The notes: generated by a model not told the origin, from the sequence alone. DNA of 63,253 nt, filler included, from Intoshia linei (GCA_001642005.1; 3 parts of 3 records of this genome joined end to end with filler, not necessarily neighbours in it); one strand, 5' to 3'; positions 26,639 to 39,593 are shown, counted from the whole stretch's first letter. Program-made: numbers and translations.

Positions 26639-27604
26639 GGTCTTGTTTAATTTAAGCTCACTCAATATAAACTTTTATTCACAATTTCAAGCACAGTCAT
26701 TTAAAAATTAAATTTTATATTAAAGTAAATTTGTATAATTCAATTTTTTGTAATTATTTCAAATATAATTTTTAGAAAATATTTATTAGTTAATTTCAGG
26801 TATAGAAATAAATATTTTCATTACTTAATCATTAAAAGTTTTAATTAAAATATATCTTTTATAGGTACACTATATTAAGTATTAGATTATTTACATTAAT
26901 TTGTAAATTTGTTTCGTCTTTTTATTGAAGCCCATGACGATTCAATATTATTCGTGTGGTAACTAGTTTCAGGGTCCACAAAATATTGTGAGTGTTTACC
27001 ACGCCATGGTCGAAACCATATAATGGAATTCTCGTATAGAATCTCCAGCCATCAATTTGAACCTCACTGCCAGGCCCCAATCCTTTCTGGATAATTATTG
27101 AGATAAAAATATCTCTCATAAAGTTTTTCCAATCAACACATATTGTAGATGACATCTTCAACTCCATATTTAGGATTTTAAATGAAGCAACATTGAACGC
27201 CCAATAATAAATAAACTTTAGAATTTATGGAATGGATATATGGCTTTGCACAAAAAAAGTACCTAATCGTATGGACATTTCCTTTGAGCATGGTTTACGA
27301 CAGCGCCACCTGTATCCATCAGTATTTTTTTTTTGTTAAAGTTCATTATTCCTCCACAGTCTATGCAACTTTGTGTTGATTAAATTAAATTCTTAAAAAA
27401 GTTGATTGTTCTCTATATCCCTTAAAATTTTCGTAGAGTATCGTAATTAATATCGTTTAAATCATGCGCCATAATGATAATGAATATTTAATTGTTAACA
27501 TGCATTTACAATCATTACGTAAAGTTAAATGTAATTTTCAAATGACTGTGCTTGAAATTATGAATAAAAAGTTTATATTGAGTGGGCTTAAATTAAACAA
27601 GACA
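26639..27604 (-). mobile_element. Merlin (IS1016-related) DNA transposon, degenerate and internally deleted
   Basis: ~60-bp TIRs starting GGTCTTGTTTAATTTAAGC; degenerate 8-bp TSD TACAATTT/AACAATTA; remnants DGYRWRCRKPCSKEMSIR, VDWKNFMRDI, GPGSEVQID, DGWRFY..HGVVN, FVDPETSYHTNNIESSW. Confidence 0.88.
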
Positions 27605-28107
27605 AACAATTATATGGCTATAACCACTCTTCTAGTTAGACATCACAAGTGAGTTATAGCAAAAGTATATATTTGAATCTCGATTAGTATGATAGCGATA
27701 TATCACTACACGCCCATATTTATATTGTACTTTTTAATTTTAATCCAACATTATACAATAATATTCACTCCATATGTACCGAGGAATATTCAGGAAAATG
27801 ATAGATTAATTTGAAATTTTTCATCATTGTATAGTACACAAGATTTATTTACATTACATTACGTTAACTTAAAAAAGGGTAATTTGGGTTTGGTCGTAAA
27901 TGCGCCAATTTTCAAATAATGTATCTTAAATTCTGCGTCAGAATAAACTGACTTGGCATTTTTGTTTTTGAAATTTCTGAGACTGTTTTCTAAATAAATG
28001 GCTACAGACAGACACACTCACATACATATTAGTAACTTTTAGCAAATTATAATTGATGATGATTTTACGGTACGCATCCAAATTAAATACAAATTTTTGA
28101 AGGTCCA

Positions 28108-29118
28108 TAATGATTGTAATTTCCGGGGAAATGACAAAGTCAAGAACCAGAAAATTAAAAATTAAATTTCCCAGGAAAAATAAAAAATTTTTATTGATAT
28201 ATAATATAGAAGAATTAAAATTTTAGAGACTTTAATTAATTTTAGAAACAAAAAAAAATTCAATTAATGAAATAACACGAATCTAGATTGAAATTTACAA
28301 ATTTAATATGAAAAAAATTTATTTATTTTAGATTGTTGAAAAAGTGTTTCAAAACTCACATAATATTGATAGATTCGTCTTTTAAACGCGTTCTACATTT
28401 TGTAACGAAATTAGAAGCAGTAGAGAAATTTATTTTATTTTGTATTGACGTAGGTTGAACATAGGTCATAAGGGTTTCCTTTAATTTTAATAATTTTGAT
28501 AATAGTGTTCCAGTTCGTAATAACTCATAATATTTTTCAAAATAATATTGGAAAAAGAGGATAATTCCCTTAAGCGTTAGTAATTTGTGGTTGGAATAAG
28601 AGGTTTTTAAAAAAAGTATTGGAAAAATCATATTTTTCCATTAAGGGCTGAAAAATTAGATTTTTTATTTAATGTTTGATAAAGTGGATTTGTAATTAGT
28701 TTAGTTAATTTAGTTTTAATTTTTAGAATCATAAGCATTATCATAAATGGCAACCTCAAAAAAGTTTATTTTCACGATCAAAACCACAGATTACCAATCC
28801 ATTTTAAACTTGATTTATTTATTTTCTGTACTATGATAAACTGGGTATTTAAGATAGATTTATGATAAACAATTAACGTGATTACCGAACCAACTTTAAA
28901 ATTGGATTTTTGAAAAGAATATTGGTGTAAGTCAATTTTTCCATGAGGGCTTGAAATGGTATTTTTGATTAAATTTTATTAGTGGTAGGATTTTTGAAAT
29001 GGTAAATTTTAAATATTAATATAATCATATTTTCATAGTAATAACAAACATAAATCAAATACAGGCATGTCTCAATTTTTTTTCGGGAAATCCCGGGAAT
29101 TTTCCCCGGCAATCACTA
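28108..29118 (-). mobile_element. Non-autonomous hAT element with transposase C-terminal remnant
   Basis: TIR TA(A/G)TGATTG with subterminal CCCGGG/CCGGGGAAA motifs; 8-bp TSD AAGGTCCA/AAGGTTCA; PTSIQNKINFSTASNFVTKCRTRLKDESI resembles the hAT dimerisation domain. Confidence 0.85.
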
Positions 29119-29189
29119 AAGGTTCAACGTTAAAAATTTTACAATACCTATCATAAATGGTTAATTGGAATAATTTAATAATTGAAAAA

Positions 29190-30140
29190 TTAACATTTAA
29201 ACAAAAAAAATTTGAAAATTTGTAAATAAAATTTAAAATGTTTAGATTTTGCAAATTTTGAATTAAAAATAACGGAATGATAATGTTGAAAACCAACTTT
29301 TTCAATTTGATTTAAATACAAGAAACATAAATTTTTTCTAGGCATTATAGTATTTTCAAAATGATTCATTTGTGATACATTGACAAAAGCATTTTCCATG
29401 TTTGAAATCTTATCAAAATTTAAATGCGTTTTGGCTTCACGTATACTTTTTTCAAACATTTTATTCAAAGCAGTAAAATTTGATTCCATGTCTGGACCAC
29501 TCACTTTATTTCTGTACATTTTGTCAATTTTAAATACAGAAAGTTTGTTCTAAATTTTGTTTATGTTGCGTCACAGTAAATGTAAATTAACCTTGATTAA
29601 AAAATCTTTAGGAAAATAACTCCATGAAAAATTGCGCAACATAAAAGGTACTGAACGCATTAAATTGACAAACATTAATGATATTGACAAATTTCGGACA
29701 AGTTTTTCTAATTTAGGATCTAACTTCATTTTTGGGTGGGACTTTAATAATAACATTAGCAAAGGAAAATGCCTCGATATTGCGTCACTTTTTATGTCGT
29801 CAAATGTGTTATAATTTTGATTCAATCCATTTTTCTAAAAATTTATCCTTTTTATAAATTAATTACAAATAAACCCTTGACAAAATTAAATCATTCAAAA
29901 ATTTTGCTTTTTCTTTTTTATTATCCAACTAATGAAAAATTTTAGTAAAAAATTTATAATTTAAAATTTAAATTACCGTCCATAATTGACGAGCAATCGG
30001 AGTATTTATCAATTTATTCTAGAGGTTATAATCAATTTCATTTTAATTACATTTAGTACATTTAAAATGTCATTTATTGTACATTCCCAAAATTTTAATT
30101 TTCCTTCAATTATTGGTAAATTATTTTGTTTGTTACAAAT
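29190..30140 (-). CDS. Spliced gene of unknown family; both ends uncertain
   Basis: At least five exons joined by short phase-0 GT-AG introns give a continuous frame: ICNKQNNLPIIEGKLKFWECTINDILNVLN|NKLINTPIARQLWT|LDNKKEKAKFLNDLILSR|KNGLNQNY..KDFLIK|NKLSVFKIDKMYRNK..; no motif recognised. Confidence 0.6.
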
Positions 30141-31623
30141 CTAAATTTAAATTAAACGTTTGTATTTAATAAAATATCTATAAAAACTTAAATTGACGTC
30201 AATTTTCCATGTTTTATTACATGGGTATTTTAACTAATTTTCGTGAAAGGCAGTTAACTAACAAATGTAAATTATAAAAGGGAGTATTTTAGGTTACTAT
30301 ATCATTTTTCTATTTAAAGTCTAATGCAGGTGTTCTCAAACTCATGTGTTCTACTGTCCCTTTTTAGTAATATATTTTTTAACGGCCTTTAAAAAAATTT
30401 TTCACTACATAAACTACGTATTATTTACAGTTACTGTTAATTAAATATTTATATGTTAATAAATTTAGGAATTTGAAATATCTACCAGATACTGATTATC
30501 ATGAATAATATAATTAATATATAAACATTACATTCGATATTTCAACATTAAATGCATTGATTATGATAGATTCTTTAAAAAATGTAGGGTCAAGCAAAAA
30601 ACATAATATAAAATTTTGGTAGTCGTGATTTCTAAAAACAATATATGTTAAGTTAAAAATATATCTCTGTTTGTTCCAGTTTATTTAAGAAAGTAAGAGG
30701 AGTCGACTTTTAAAAATTCCATATTTTTATTACAGTTTTTCGAGAGTAATGTTTTATCGCAAATTTCATTTTCAGAAATTAAGTACTTCAAGATCAAAAA
30801 CAGCAATTTTCCTTTTTTTTATATTCAAATTCAAACAATCTTAGAATTATAAAAAATACACAATCGTATCAAGATTTTAAAACCATCAACATTATGATAC
30901 TTTTAAATTTCAAAATTTTATATCTTCACGGCCAAAACCACAAATTACTCTTTTTTATAAAATTTAAAATTTTTCTAGTCTTAGAATTCTATAGAACATA
31001 AATTCTGAGATAATTTTTAGAATCATAAGCATTATCATAAATGGCAACCTCAAAAAAGTTTATTTTCACGATCAAAACCACAGATTACCAATCCATTTTA
31101 AACTTGATTTATTTATTTTCTGTAATATGATAAACAATTAACGTGATTACCGGACCAACTGTGAACAATATTTGAAATCCCTTAAATAATTATTTTTAGA
31201 ATACATTGAGTAGTGTTAAATCAGTTTAGATGGTAACTAATCTAAGGACGAAAAAATAAAAAGATTTGGAAAGTTATTCAATATATGAAAAGATAGTTCA
31301 ATCCAAATATACAGTATATCTTGAGTGGGGTAAAAGATGACAAATTGTAACTAATACAGAACATTAACGGGTAAACGCAATCATGAGTAATTTAGTTAAA
31401 TCTTGAATTAAGATTCTCAATCGACTAAAAAGTTTTTAAATTTAATTTACAATGCAATAAAGTAAGAATAATTTTTTGCAAATACAATTGTACAATTTAA
31501 TCCAACGCTGGTTTTTCCCATGTGTTGAGACAACTAAAACGTTGACGAATATTTTATCAACAACGCTATTACTCATAGCAATTAAAAAATAAACATTTAA
31601 TTTATATTGATTTAAAAATCAAA

Positions 31624-31971
31624 ATGGGAGACAGATATAACGTTCACAATCAATTGGAGCATTTACAAGCAAAGTATATCGGTAAATAATAAGCAAAGTA
31701 ATGTAAACAAAATTTAGGAACCGGTCACGCTGATTTGATAACATGGGTATAGTGATTTGATTTTTTTATTTCGTAAATATAATGTACATTTTTATAGGAA
31801 TGGTTAACAAATCAACACAGAGACAGTATTTCCTCATACATTGGAAAATACGATATTCACAATTCTCTGGCAATTGTTGAAAATGAAACAAAAGAACGAG
31901 TGCGAATGAACTTGATAAAAAGAATGGTTCAACCTTGTGGCCCACCGCCAACTCGAGTAGAATTTGATTAG
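31624..31971 (+). CDS. SF3B5: Splicing factor 3B subunit 5 (86 aa). Exons 31624-31681, 31718-31746, 31798-31971
   Basis: MGDRYNVHNQLEHLQAKYIG|TGHADLITW|EWLTNQHRDSISSYIG..AIVENETKERVRMNLIKRMVQPCGPPP, a clear SF3B5/Ysf3 signature; not in the ORF track. Confidence 0.97.
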
Positions 31972-32005
31972 TGTATAATTTATTAAAATTTTAGATTTGT
32001 ACAAA

Positions 32006-33824
32006 TTATACAGTTTTAATTACAGCTTCATTATTTAACATTTTGAATTTTTTAACTAGAATGGCTTCATTCATTCTACTGTAAATAATTTTTTCTGTGA
32101 GAATTCCAGTTTCAGATGAATAGGCTGAAGCTTGCCATCCAATTACCAATTTTGACAATTCTCGTCCTGAAAAGGTTTTTGTCTTTTCGGCTACAATTTT
32201 ACACACGTTACCAAAATCGAAATTATCAATTTTTAACCGGTTTTTCATTTTTAAAATTGACTTTTTTTTAATACTGGGAGTAAGGATGTATTTATCAAAA
32301 TACATTCGAATAATTCGTTCTCTTTCAATTACTCCCGGTAGAGTAAATTTTATCATTTCGTCAATGCGGTCATTAATGGCCCAATCAAATTGTTCTGGTT
32401 CATTTGAGGCAAAACATAACATGATTTTTGAAGATTGTTCGCCGGTCCGGTATAAAAATGCGTTGAGGGAAGCTCTTAAATCCTCAGATATACTTCCTTG
32501 AGATCTTTTTCTAAAAAATGCATCAGCTTCATCGACAAAGAGGAGCAAACCTTTCCGACTCGTTTGAGCCCAATCAAACAGTTTGTGAATTGCGGTTACT
32601 CCTTCTCGTCCCATTGGAGCTACATCGCCACCCGTAATTATAGCGTAATCCATTCCAGAGTGGGTTGATAGTTTTTTAGCAAAAAGGGTTTTTCCTACAC
32701 CTGGTGGACCATAAAATAAAATGTTACGATACCAACCACGGTTCAATTGTGTGTTTCTGGTTGAAATAGCAATGTCTCGCAGTCGTTCTTCTATTTTTGG
32801 TGATATAATTACGCCGGATAATGGATCAATATCTTTACTTATTAATTTTTGAAAGCTTTTTAGAGGTGATTTTACCAAATCAACAATGCTAATTCTACTA
32901 GTTTGTCTAATTAAGGAGGGTTTTCCTATTCGGTTTTCGATTTTTCTAGCAATTACGCTTGTTCCGTGTTTGGCAGAATATATACCCAGTGCCATTAATG
33001 AAATACCTAGCGCAGTTGCGCTTAATTTGTCCCAATCTCTAATTAATGCATTGGCTCCGGCTCCTAGAATTAAAATATTAATGTATACCATATATTTGAA
33101 GTAAAAATTTACCAATCATTCCTCCGGCCGTTGTAATTGAATCCAAAATTGTTTTTCTTTTTTCTACTGCCTTTAACCTTATAGTCTCCATGGTAATGTC
33201 TTTATTTTCTCTTTCAATTTGTCCACGACCTCTAACTTCAGCCTCAATTCTTTTTAAATCATTTTTAAGTCGTAATTCAGCTTCATGTTCTATACTTTGT
33301 CTTCTTATAGATTCTTGTTTTTTAACAGATTCCTCTTGACGCCTCAAATTTTCCTCATTCATTCTCTTTTGTTGTGATAATTGATCATCATATCGTTTTC
33401 TAGATAATCTGTCTTGATAGTCTAGTCTAACCTGTTTTTGTTTCGTTTCTTCGCCAAAAGATTTACGACGTTCTTCCTCTGCAATACGTGATGAATCAAT
33501 TTTGTATTTTTCAAATTGTAGTTGATAATCTGCTGCTTTAGCTTCAAGTTCTTTCTAGTGACAAAATGTAGAGTATAAAACAAAATATATAATTACCTGT
33601 TTAGTTTTTTCTTGTGCTTTAATTAATTCAAAAGCTTTATTGGCGTGAGGGGATTTTTCAAGTTCTTTGGCTGATTTTGCAGCTCTTTCCAGGGCATCGC
33701 TGTCAAATTTAAATCTAGTTGAATCGTAATTGTTAGATTTTTGGTTAGATTCAACTGTCTGCCCTTCACCTTTCGGATTTGAGCCCATTATATTATCCCT
33801 TGACGATCCAAACAACCAAGACAT
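32006..33824 (-). CDS. ATAD3: ATPase family AAA domain-containing protein 3 (~575 aa). Exons 33824-33597, 33554-33113, 33063-32006
   Basis: MSWLFG start, [11 protein letters not shown], coiled coil, Walker A GPPGVGKT, Walker [19 protein letters not shown]; introns 42 and 49 nt. Confidence 0.97.
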
Positions 33825-35458
33825 TACACGTGAGATTTTATTTTAATTTGAAATATTATTTATTAGAAAATATAACTTTATTTTATGTTTATAATTTACA
33901 AATTGTAAAATTATATTTGTAATAATAATTGTGAATCTACATTAGAATGTTGCCTGCAAAGTTAGAAACTTTCAATTGTATATAATTTTTATAAACATCG
34001 AATGGAATTTATATATAAATAAATTTTTCTTGCAGCCCCACCAATTATTTTATGTACGAGCCGCCATTGATTATGAACATATTTTTAACCAAAAGAGTTA
34101 GGGTACCTTAATATTTTTTGGCGAGGTAGGTTTGTAATATTTTTTTAACTAAATTTTTATAGTGGAATTTTGAGATTTTTTTTGACCAAACCGTAAAGGG
34201 GAGGGTTTTATAATTAATTTTTAATGATTGTTATAAATAATTTGAAAATTCTTCTTTTAGGGTTTGGTAAAAAAAATTTTCAAAAAAACTGTCCTTAGGG
34301 TTTATGTCAAAAAATAATCTAAACATTTTTTTTCAAGGGTCTTGAATATAGGTATTGCTTAAAAGAAATCTTAAAATTCCCTTTCTTTTGAGTTTGGTAA
34401 TAATTTTTAAATATTTTGAAAATTCTGTTTTGCAGTGTAAGGTAAAAAATATGTTCAGAATGTATAATTTTTATCTTTTAAAAATTGAGACTTAGTTACC
34501 TTTTCTTTCTAGTTTGAAGACGAATTATCTCGAAATTAACACTAAAAGTTTTATAAAAATAGTTTAAAAAACATATGTGTAAAAAAGATACGCACAATAT
34601 TTATTAAAGTAATTTTTTATGAATTTAAATTTTTGTTGCCTAATAGTGATTTAGTTATATATAGCCGTTGATAATTATAATTAATCATGAGCGGTGATCA
34701 CTTATCACTGCTTAAAATCTCTGCAGTTCAGGATCTGAACTTGACTTTAAATTTGACACACCAAAAAGATATGATTTGTTTAAAATGATCAATGTTACAA
34801 AAATTCCGTCGTAACTACCGTTGTTCGGTCTCAAATAGGGTAGATTTTGCTCTAATTTTCAGTACCGCAATTATGGCGCTGTTTATATATAAAACAATTC
34901 AATAACACTGTCACATAACTTTCCTAATAACTAAATTAAAAATTGATACCAATAAAGCAATCTACAAAATAGGCAATGATTTATATGTTTTGTACACAAA
35001 TACAATTGAAAATTTAAAATGCATGTTGTCATTTACATTAAAAATAGTGTTTAATGCATTGTTCAATCTTGTTAATAATTTCTTCGTGCTTTCTTACAAT
35101 AAAAACTAAAAATTTGATTGTTAAAAAAACTCTTTCAATAATTGACATAATAGAATTCCAGCAGGGCGAATTTAATAACGTTGAATATAATCACCTGAAA
35201 TGTGACGATAAATTGTTTAAAACTATTATTAAATGTTAAAGAAAAACAATACATTACTGCTACTAAAACTGACAATGAAAATTACAATAATGTAGGAAAA
35301 TTTTAATGTTTTAAATTTTATATTGGATTGTTACAATTGAAGAGTTACATGGATCTAGGAATCTTTGTTGACAAAATATTGAATTTCAAAATACTCTATT
35401 CAATTTTACAAATTAATTATGAATTACATATAGTCAGATACTATATATATATAACTGA

Positions 35459-38303
35459 ATGGACACACCAGCTAGCCCGTTTGGTTATACATCTGATTTA
35501 ATGGTTTTTGGAATGCAGGGTGAATTTGCAAATGCCAATATTAAAGAAAAGTTGGGCCGTATAGGTAAAATTGAAATTAAATTTAAGATATTTTCATCAA
35601 AGGTACTTAAATGTTTGTTCCAAAAATAAATTGATATTTTGTATTGGGAACTGTATTTACGTTTTTTGATGTATATTTGTTTAGCTAAAATTTCTCATTC
35701 TTATGGGTGGCCATTTGAATGTTGTGATCCAAATATACCCTTAGCACCTTCCTCTTCTCCAATTCCACCTGAAATAATTCAAGTTCAACCGCAAACGTCT
35801 AATTTGTGGAAATATAAATTGTATTGATTTTAATTTCTTTTTATATATTTTCTGATAGGACAAGATGCCAAAGTGCTTACGATTCTAAACAATCAAATTT
35901 TGAAGAGTAATATTTTTACAATGTATTAAACCATTGTAATTTGCACCGGTAGCTAAACATTTTTTAGCATCTCACAAGTTTACAAAAATTTTCAGTTGGC
36001 TATCCAAAGCTTTTTCACAAAATAATTTCTTAATCATTAATTTCAGATACGTAAAATACAGAATTCCCAAAACACCAAAACCAAAATCAGCGCGAAATGT
36101 AAAACCTACGTTGATAAATATGAACAAACGTGTTAGAATTAATTGTGCCAGCACACATGTACCAGTTCGTTTGATTGAAAATGGAAAAATAGAACATCAT
36201 TCAGAATACATAGAATCTAAAAAAAAAAATAGTAATTAATAATTTTTTTTGGTAGTACTAATCAAAATATTTATATATTTTTACAATATACAGATTATGC
36301 AGATCTAAAAAACTCGCAAAAATATACTGAAAAGTTGAGTGAAATTGTTAATTTTTTTTATAGAATGTACTTGACATTATGTGATATTATTTGTAATTAA
36401 AAGAAAAAAATTTGAAGCAATTAAAATTAAAATAATTGAATATATAGATTTATTAGTTAATGTTATTGTGCCAAAATATTAGGCAAATGCAATGAATCAG
36501 ATCGTTAAAATGTAGTTCTAATGTTTAATGTTACCATGGACTTGTAACAACTTAATAAGTCTACCATCGACCGAATCGGTCAAATTCTTGACACGTTCTG
36601 ACATAATAGATTTAGACACCTCTTCAATCGCATTTCAAAGTAGATCAAGGGAGTTATACTGAGTCCCAGCAGAATATAATTTTCTAAGTGTTTAATATAA
36701 ATAATTATTAAGGTAATTTCAATGTTACATTTTCATCATGCTTTAGTAATTTTCTATAGGGTTTAAATCTGGGCTGTTAGGGCACCAATCAATCAATTTT
36801 CCTCTACTAATGCCATTTTCTGAGAGAAATGATAGCGTATACGGCGATGCATGTGAAGGTGCATTGTCATGCATAAATATGCAATTATTTTTAAAATTTT
36901 CGTTTTTCGAATTGAACCAAGAATGTAGTGTTAAATCATAAATTCTGTTAACTAAATATGAAAATTTAAAAATATCATAATAATAACTATTACAACTTCG
37001 AATTTATTTTCATGCCACTGGGAACTCTAATTGGCCCTAATAGCTTATTGCCGATTATGCCTGCCCAAAACATTGCAACACCACCACCTTGTTGACGACG
37101 CATTACTGATGGTACTTTAGTGCTATTTAGTAACTAACCTTTTGACCAGTCATCTGGGTCATCAAGAGTTGCATGACATTCATCTGTAAATATTACGGAT
37201 TGGAAATTAGTCTTTAAATTGGTTATATTCATTTCATCCTTTTTTCTTTGTGAATAGGCTTCAAAATCGGTCTTCTAAGAGCTTTTTTAACAGATGCAAC
37301 AGATGTTAAAACCCTACATGGACTGTTTCTAGGCACATCTCCCATGTTGCAAGTTGAAAATAATCTTAAACTCGTCGCAAGTGGTGTCACAAGCACTTCT
37401 TTCTTAAGAATTCATAATTGTTTAGGTGAAAGTATCTTATTTCGACCACTATTTGACCTATTATTCTTTTTAGACGGATCTTCTAACCATTTTTTAATAG
37501 TGCGATGATCACGTTCGAGACATCATGATATTTATAGAGTACTTTTTCCTCTTGCCATTAAACCAACTATTTGGTACTTTTCTTCAATATTTAAGTCGTT
37601 TTTCTTTTCCATTTAAGATTTGCATAATATTTTGGCATAGTGTGTAATGTGAAAATAAAAAATTTTTTATCAGACCAATAAATTCAGAATAAATTTTAAA
37701 ATGTAATTTATTACATTACTTTTTGTGGTTCAAAATAAAATTTTTAAAGTCTATTCTTTAATCCATCTTTAAAAGGTACACTACATTTTTTATAAGTAAT
37801 AAGGGGTCCTGGTGAACAAAACTTTAATAAACATCTTATTTACATTGGCCCCTCGAAAAATAAAATTGCATAATTTTAAAGGCTTAAAAAACCTCTATGT
37901 AAAATTTTATTCAAGTTAAATCAGCTTGTATCACCCAAAGAGCGCTGTAACGATTTTACTTAGCCATATGCATCTCATGTGAATAAATATTACTGGTTTT
38001 TAAAAAGTAATAATATATAATTTAAAAAAATAATGGCTAGAACCTGTATGTAAACGCAAATAATTTATTATATAGCGGATCATTTTATTCACTTTAATTA
38101 ATAAATTAGCAAGTAGAAACGAAAAAAAATTTCACCTATCACTGATAAAAATCGCACTACCTGAAACAACCAAGAATTATCGAAAACTTTCCGTTTATAC
38201 TCCTACTACATATAGAAAAAACCAAACAACGAGCAAAATAAACAGTGGTCAAATGCATTTTGTTTTACTACCCGAGATAATGAAAAAAATAAGAATTGAA
38301 TAA
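35459..38303 (+). CDS. Spliced gene of unknown family. Exons 35459-35564, 35685-35820, 35859-35906, further exons about 35996-36340, probable last exon 38110-38303
   Basis: Phase-compatible GT-AG junctions give MDTPASPFGYTSDLMVFGMQGEF..LGRI|AKISHSYGWPFECCDPNIPLAP..WKYKL|TRCQSAYDSKQSNF..; an open 194-nt exon follows an AG at 38108-38109. Linkage of the last exon is inferred. Confidence 0.55.
36464..37642 (-). mobile_element. Tc1-superfamily DD37E (TRT-like) transposon, near full length, pseudogenised
   Basis: ATG at 37612: MEKKNDLNIEEKYQIV..ERDHRTIKK, FTDECHATLD.PD.W, RRQQGGGG, FWAGII, IFMHDNAPSHA..SPDLNPIE with 37 residues between D and E; inverted repeats (CAC/TAT)TRTGCCAAAATATTA(G/T)GCAAAT; multiple stops. 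Confidence 0.88.
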
Positions 38304-38307
38304 ATGT

Positions 38308-38887
38308 TTATATAAAAAATTTTTTTCTGTTTACATTGGAATCTAGAAGTAAACCAATTTCTTCCAGTGTAGGTAAATTTATTACATTTCCATAAGTCGC
38401 AGTGGTTATTTTACTAGAAAGCATTCTCGAAATTACACGATTAACATCATCTGGTGTTATTTTTTCTAATTTTTAGTTTAATATTATATACATTAAAATT
38501 ATACCAATCATATCATAAACTGTGTTTGGGTTATATATGGTATTATTATTTAAAATCTGTCTGGAAATATCCTCATAGACTACAGGTCTATTTTCAGAGT
38601 TCATCATAAGAGCAGACTGTAATTGTTTTTTAGATCGGTGTAATTCAATCTGTAAGTGAACAAATAAAACTTTATAAAAATTAAACAAACCCCACTACTT
38701 ATACCGATCTTCAAATTTGCAAGTTCAGTGCAAATAACATTGGCTAAATTATTAAGCTAAAATTGTAATATAAAATTATGATATTCAAAAATTAACCATT
38801 TCAGGGTGTGCCGATGCATAAATCATAAATAGGCCACTATCGAAATACGAGTGATTCGATGCACTTGCGTGGTATATCCAATGATTT
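38308..38887 (-). CDS. PMPCA: Mitochondrial-processing peptidase alpha subunit, last four exons (38887-38797, 38756-38691, 38649-38505, 38465-38308); 5' part not in this contig
   Basis: [87 protein letters not shown] matches the alpha-MPP C-terminus. Confidence 0.92.
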
Positions 38888-39593
38888 CTAAATAATTTTA
38901 TATTACTAGATACTACTTAAAAAGTTATACTTATACATGTACTAAAACTATACTCCTTTAATCTTCAAAATTATAACATCTAACTCCTTTAACTTAACAT
39001 AACACTGTTCAACAAAATTTCGACAAACTGACCGAAACTTTTGTTATATGTAAGTGAACCAGTATACATCTATTTTTAAAAAAAAATTATTAATTTCAAG
39101 ATCGACATTGGATTTAATTAAGGGTTAAAGTTTTTTTTAAAGAGGTACACTCCACCGTGAGCTCTATTTACAATTAATATTGTATATTACAAATGGTAAA
39201 ATTAACAGATAGACATACACGTCTACACATGTATAAAAAAATTGTCATTAATTATTTAATTACCCTAATTAATTAATTCTAATTTTAAGGCAACATCAAA
39301 AAACAATATGAAACAAAAATTTTCTGGATGTACTATTTACATTTATTAAAATTGATGTACATTACACGTAAAATCAACTTTTTCTGGTTACCTCTAGACG
39401 AATCTTGTTCAATATCCAGGATGTAAGTGATAGACATAAATTTCAATAATTAAGATGTAAGAAGGTATCAATTAAAAAAAGTAATAATTAGATAAATTTA
39501 AAATTTTTTTTTATTGAACACCATCAAACAAAATCACATTCATATTTAATGATCTACATCTTCCAAAACGTCTTTCATATAACATCATAGTTT

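Noticed and set aside
31766-31951. 61-aa minus-strand ORF
   Set aside because: Antisense shadow of SF3B5 exon 3.
34680-35300. GC-richer patch and a signal-peptide-like ORF (35054-35239); possible ncRNA or extra exons
   Set aside because: No snRNA/snoRNA signature recognised and no phase-consistent splice to the downstream gene.
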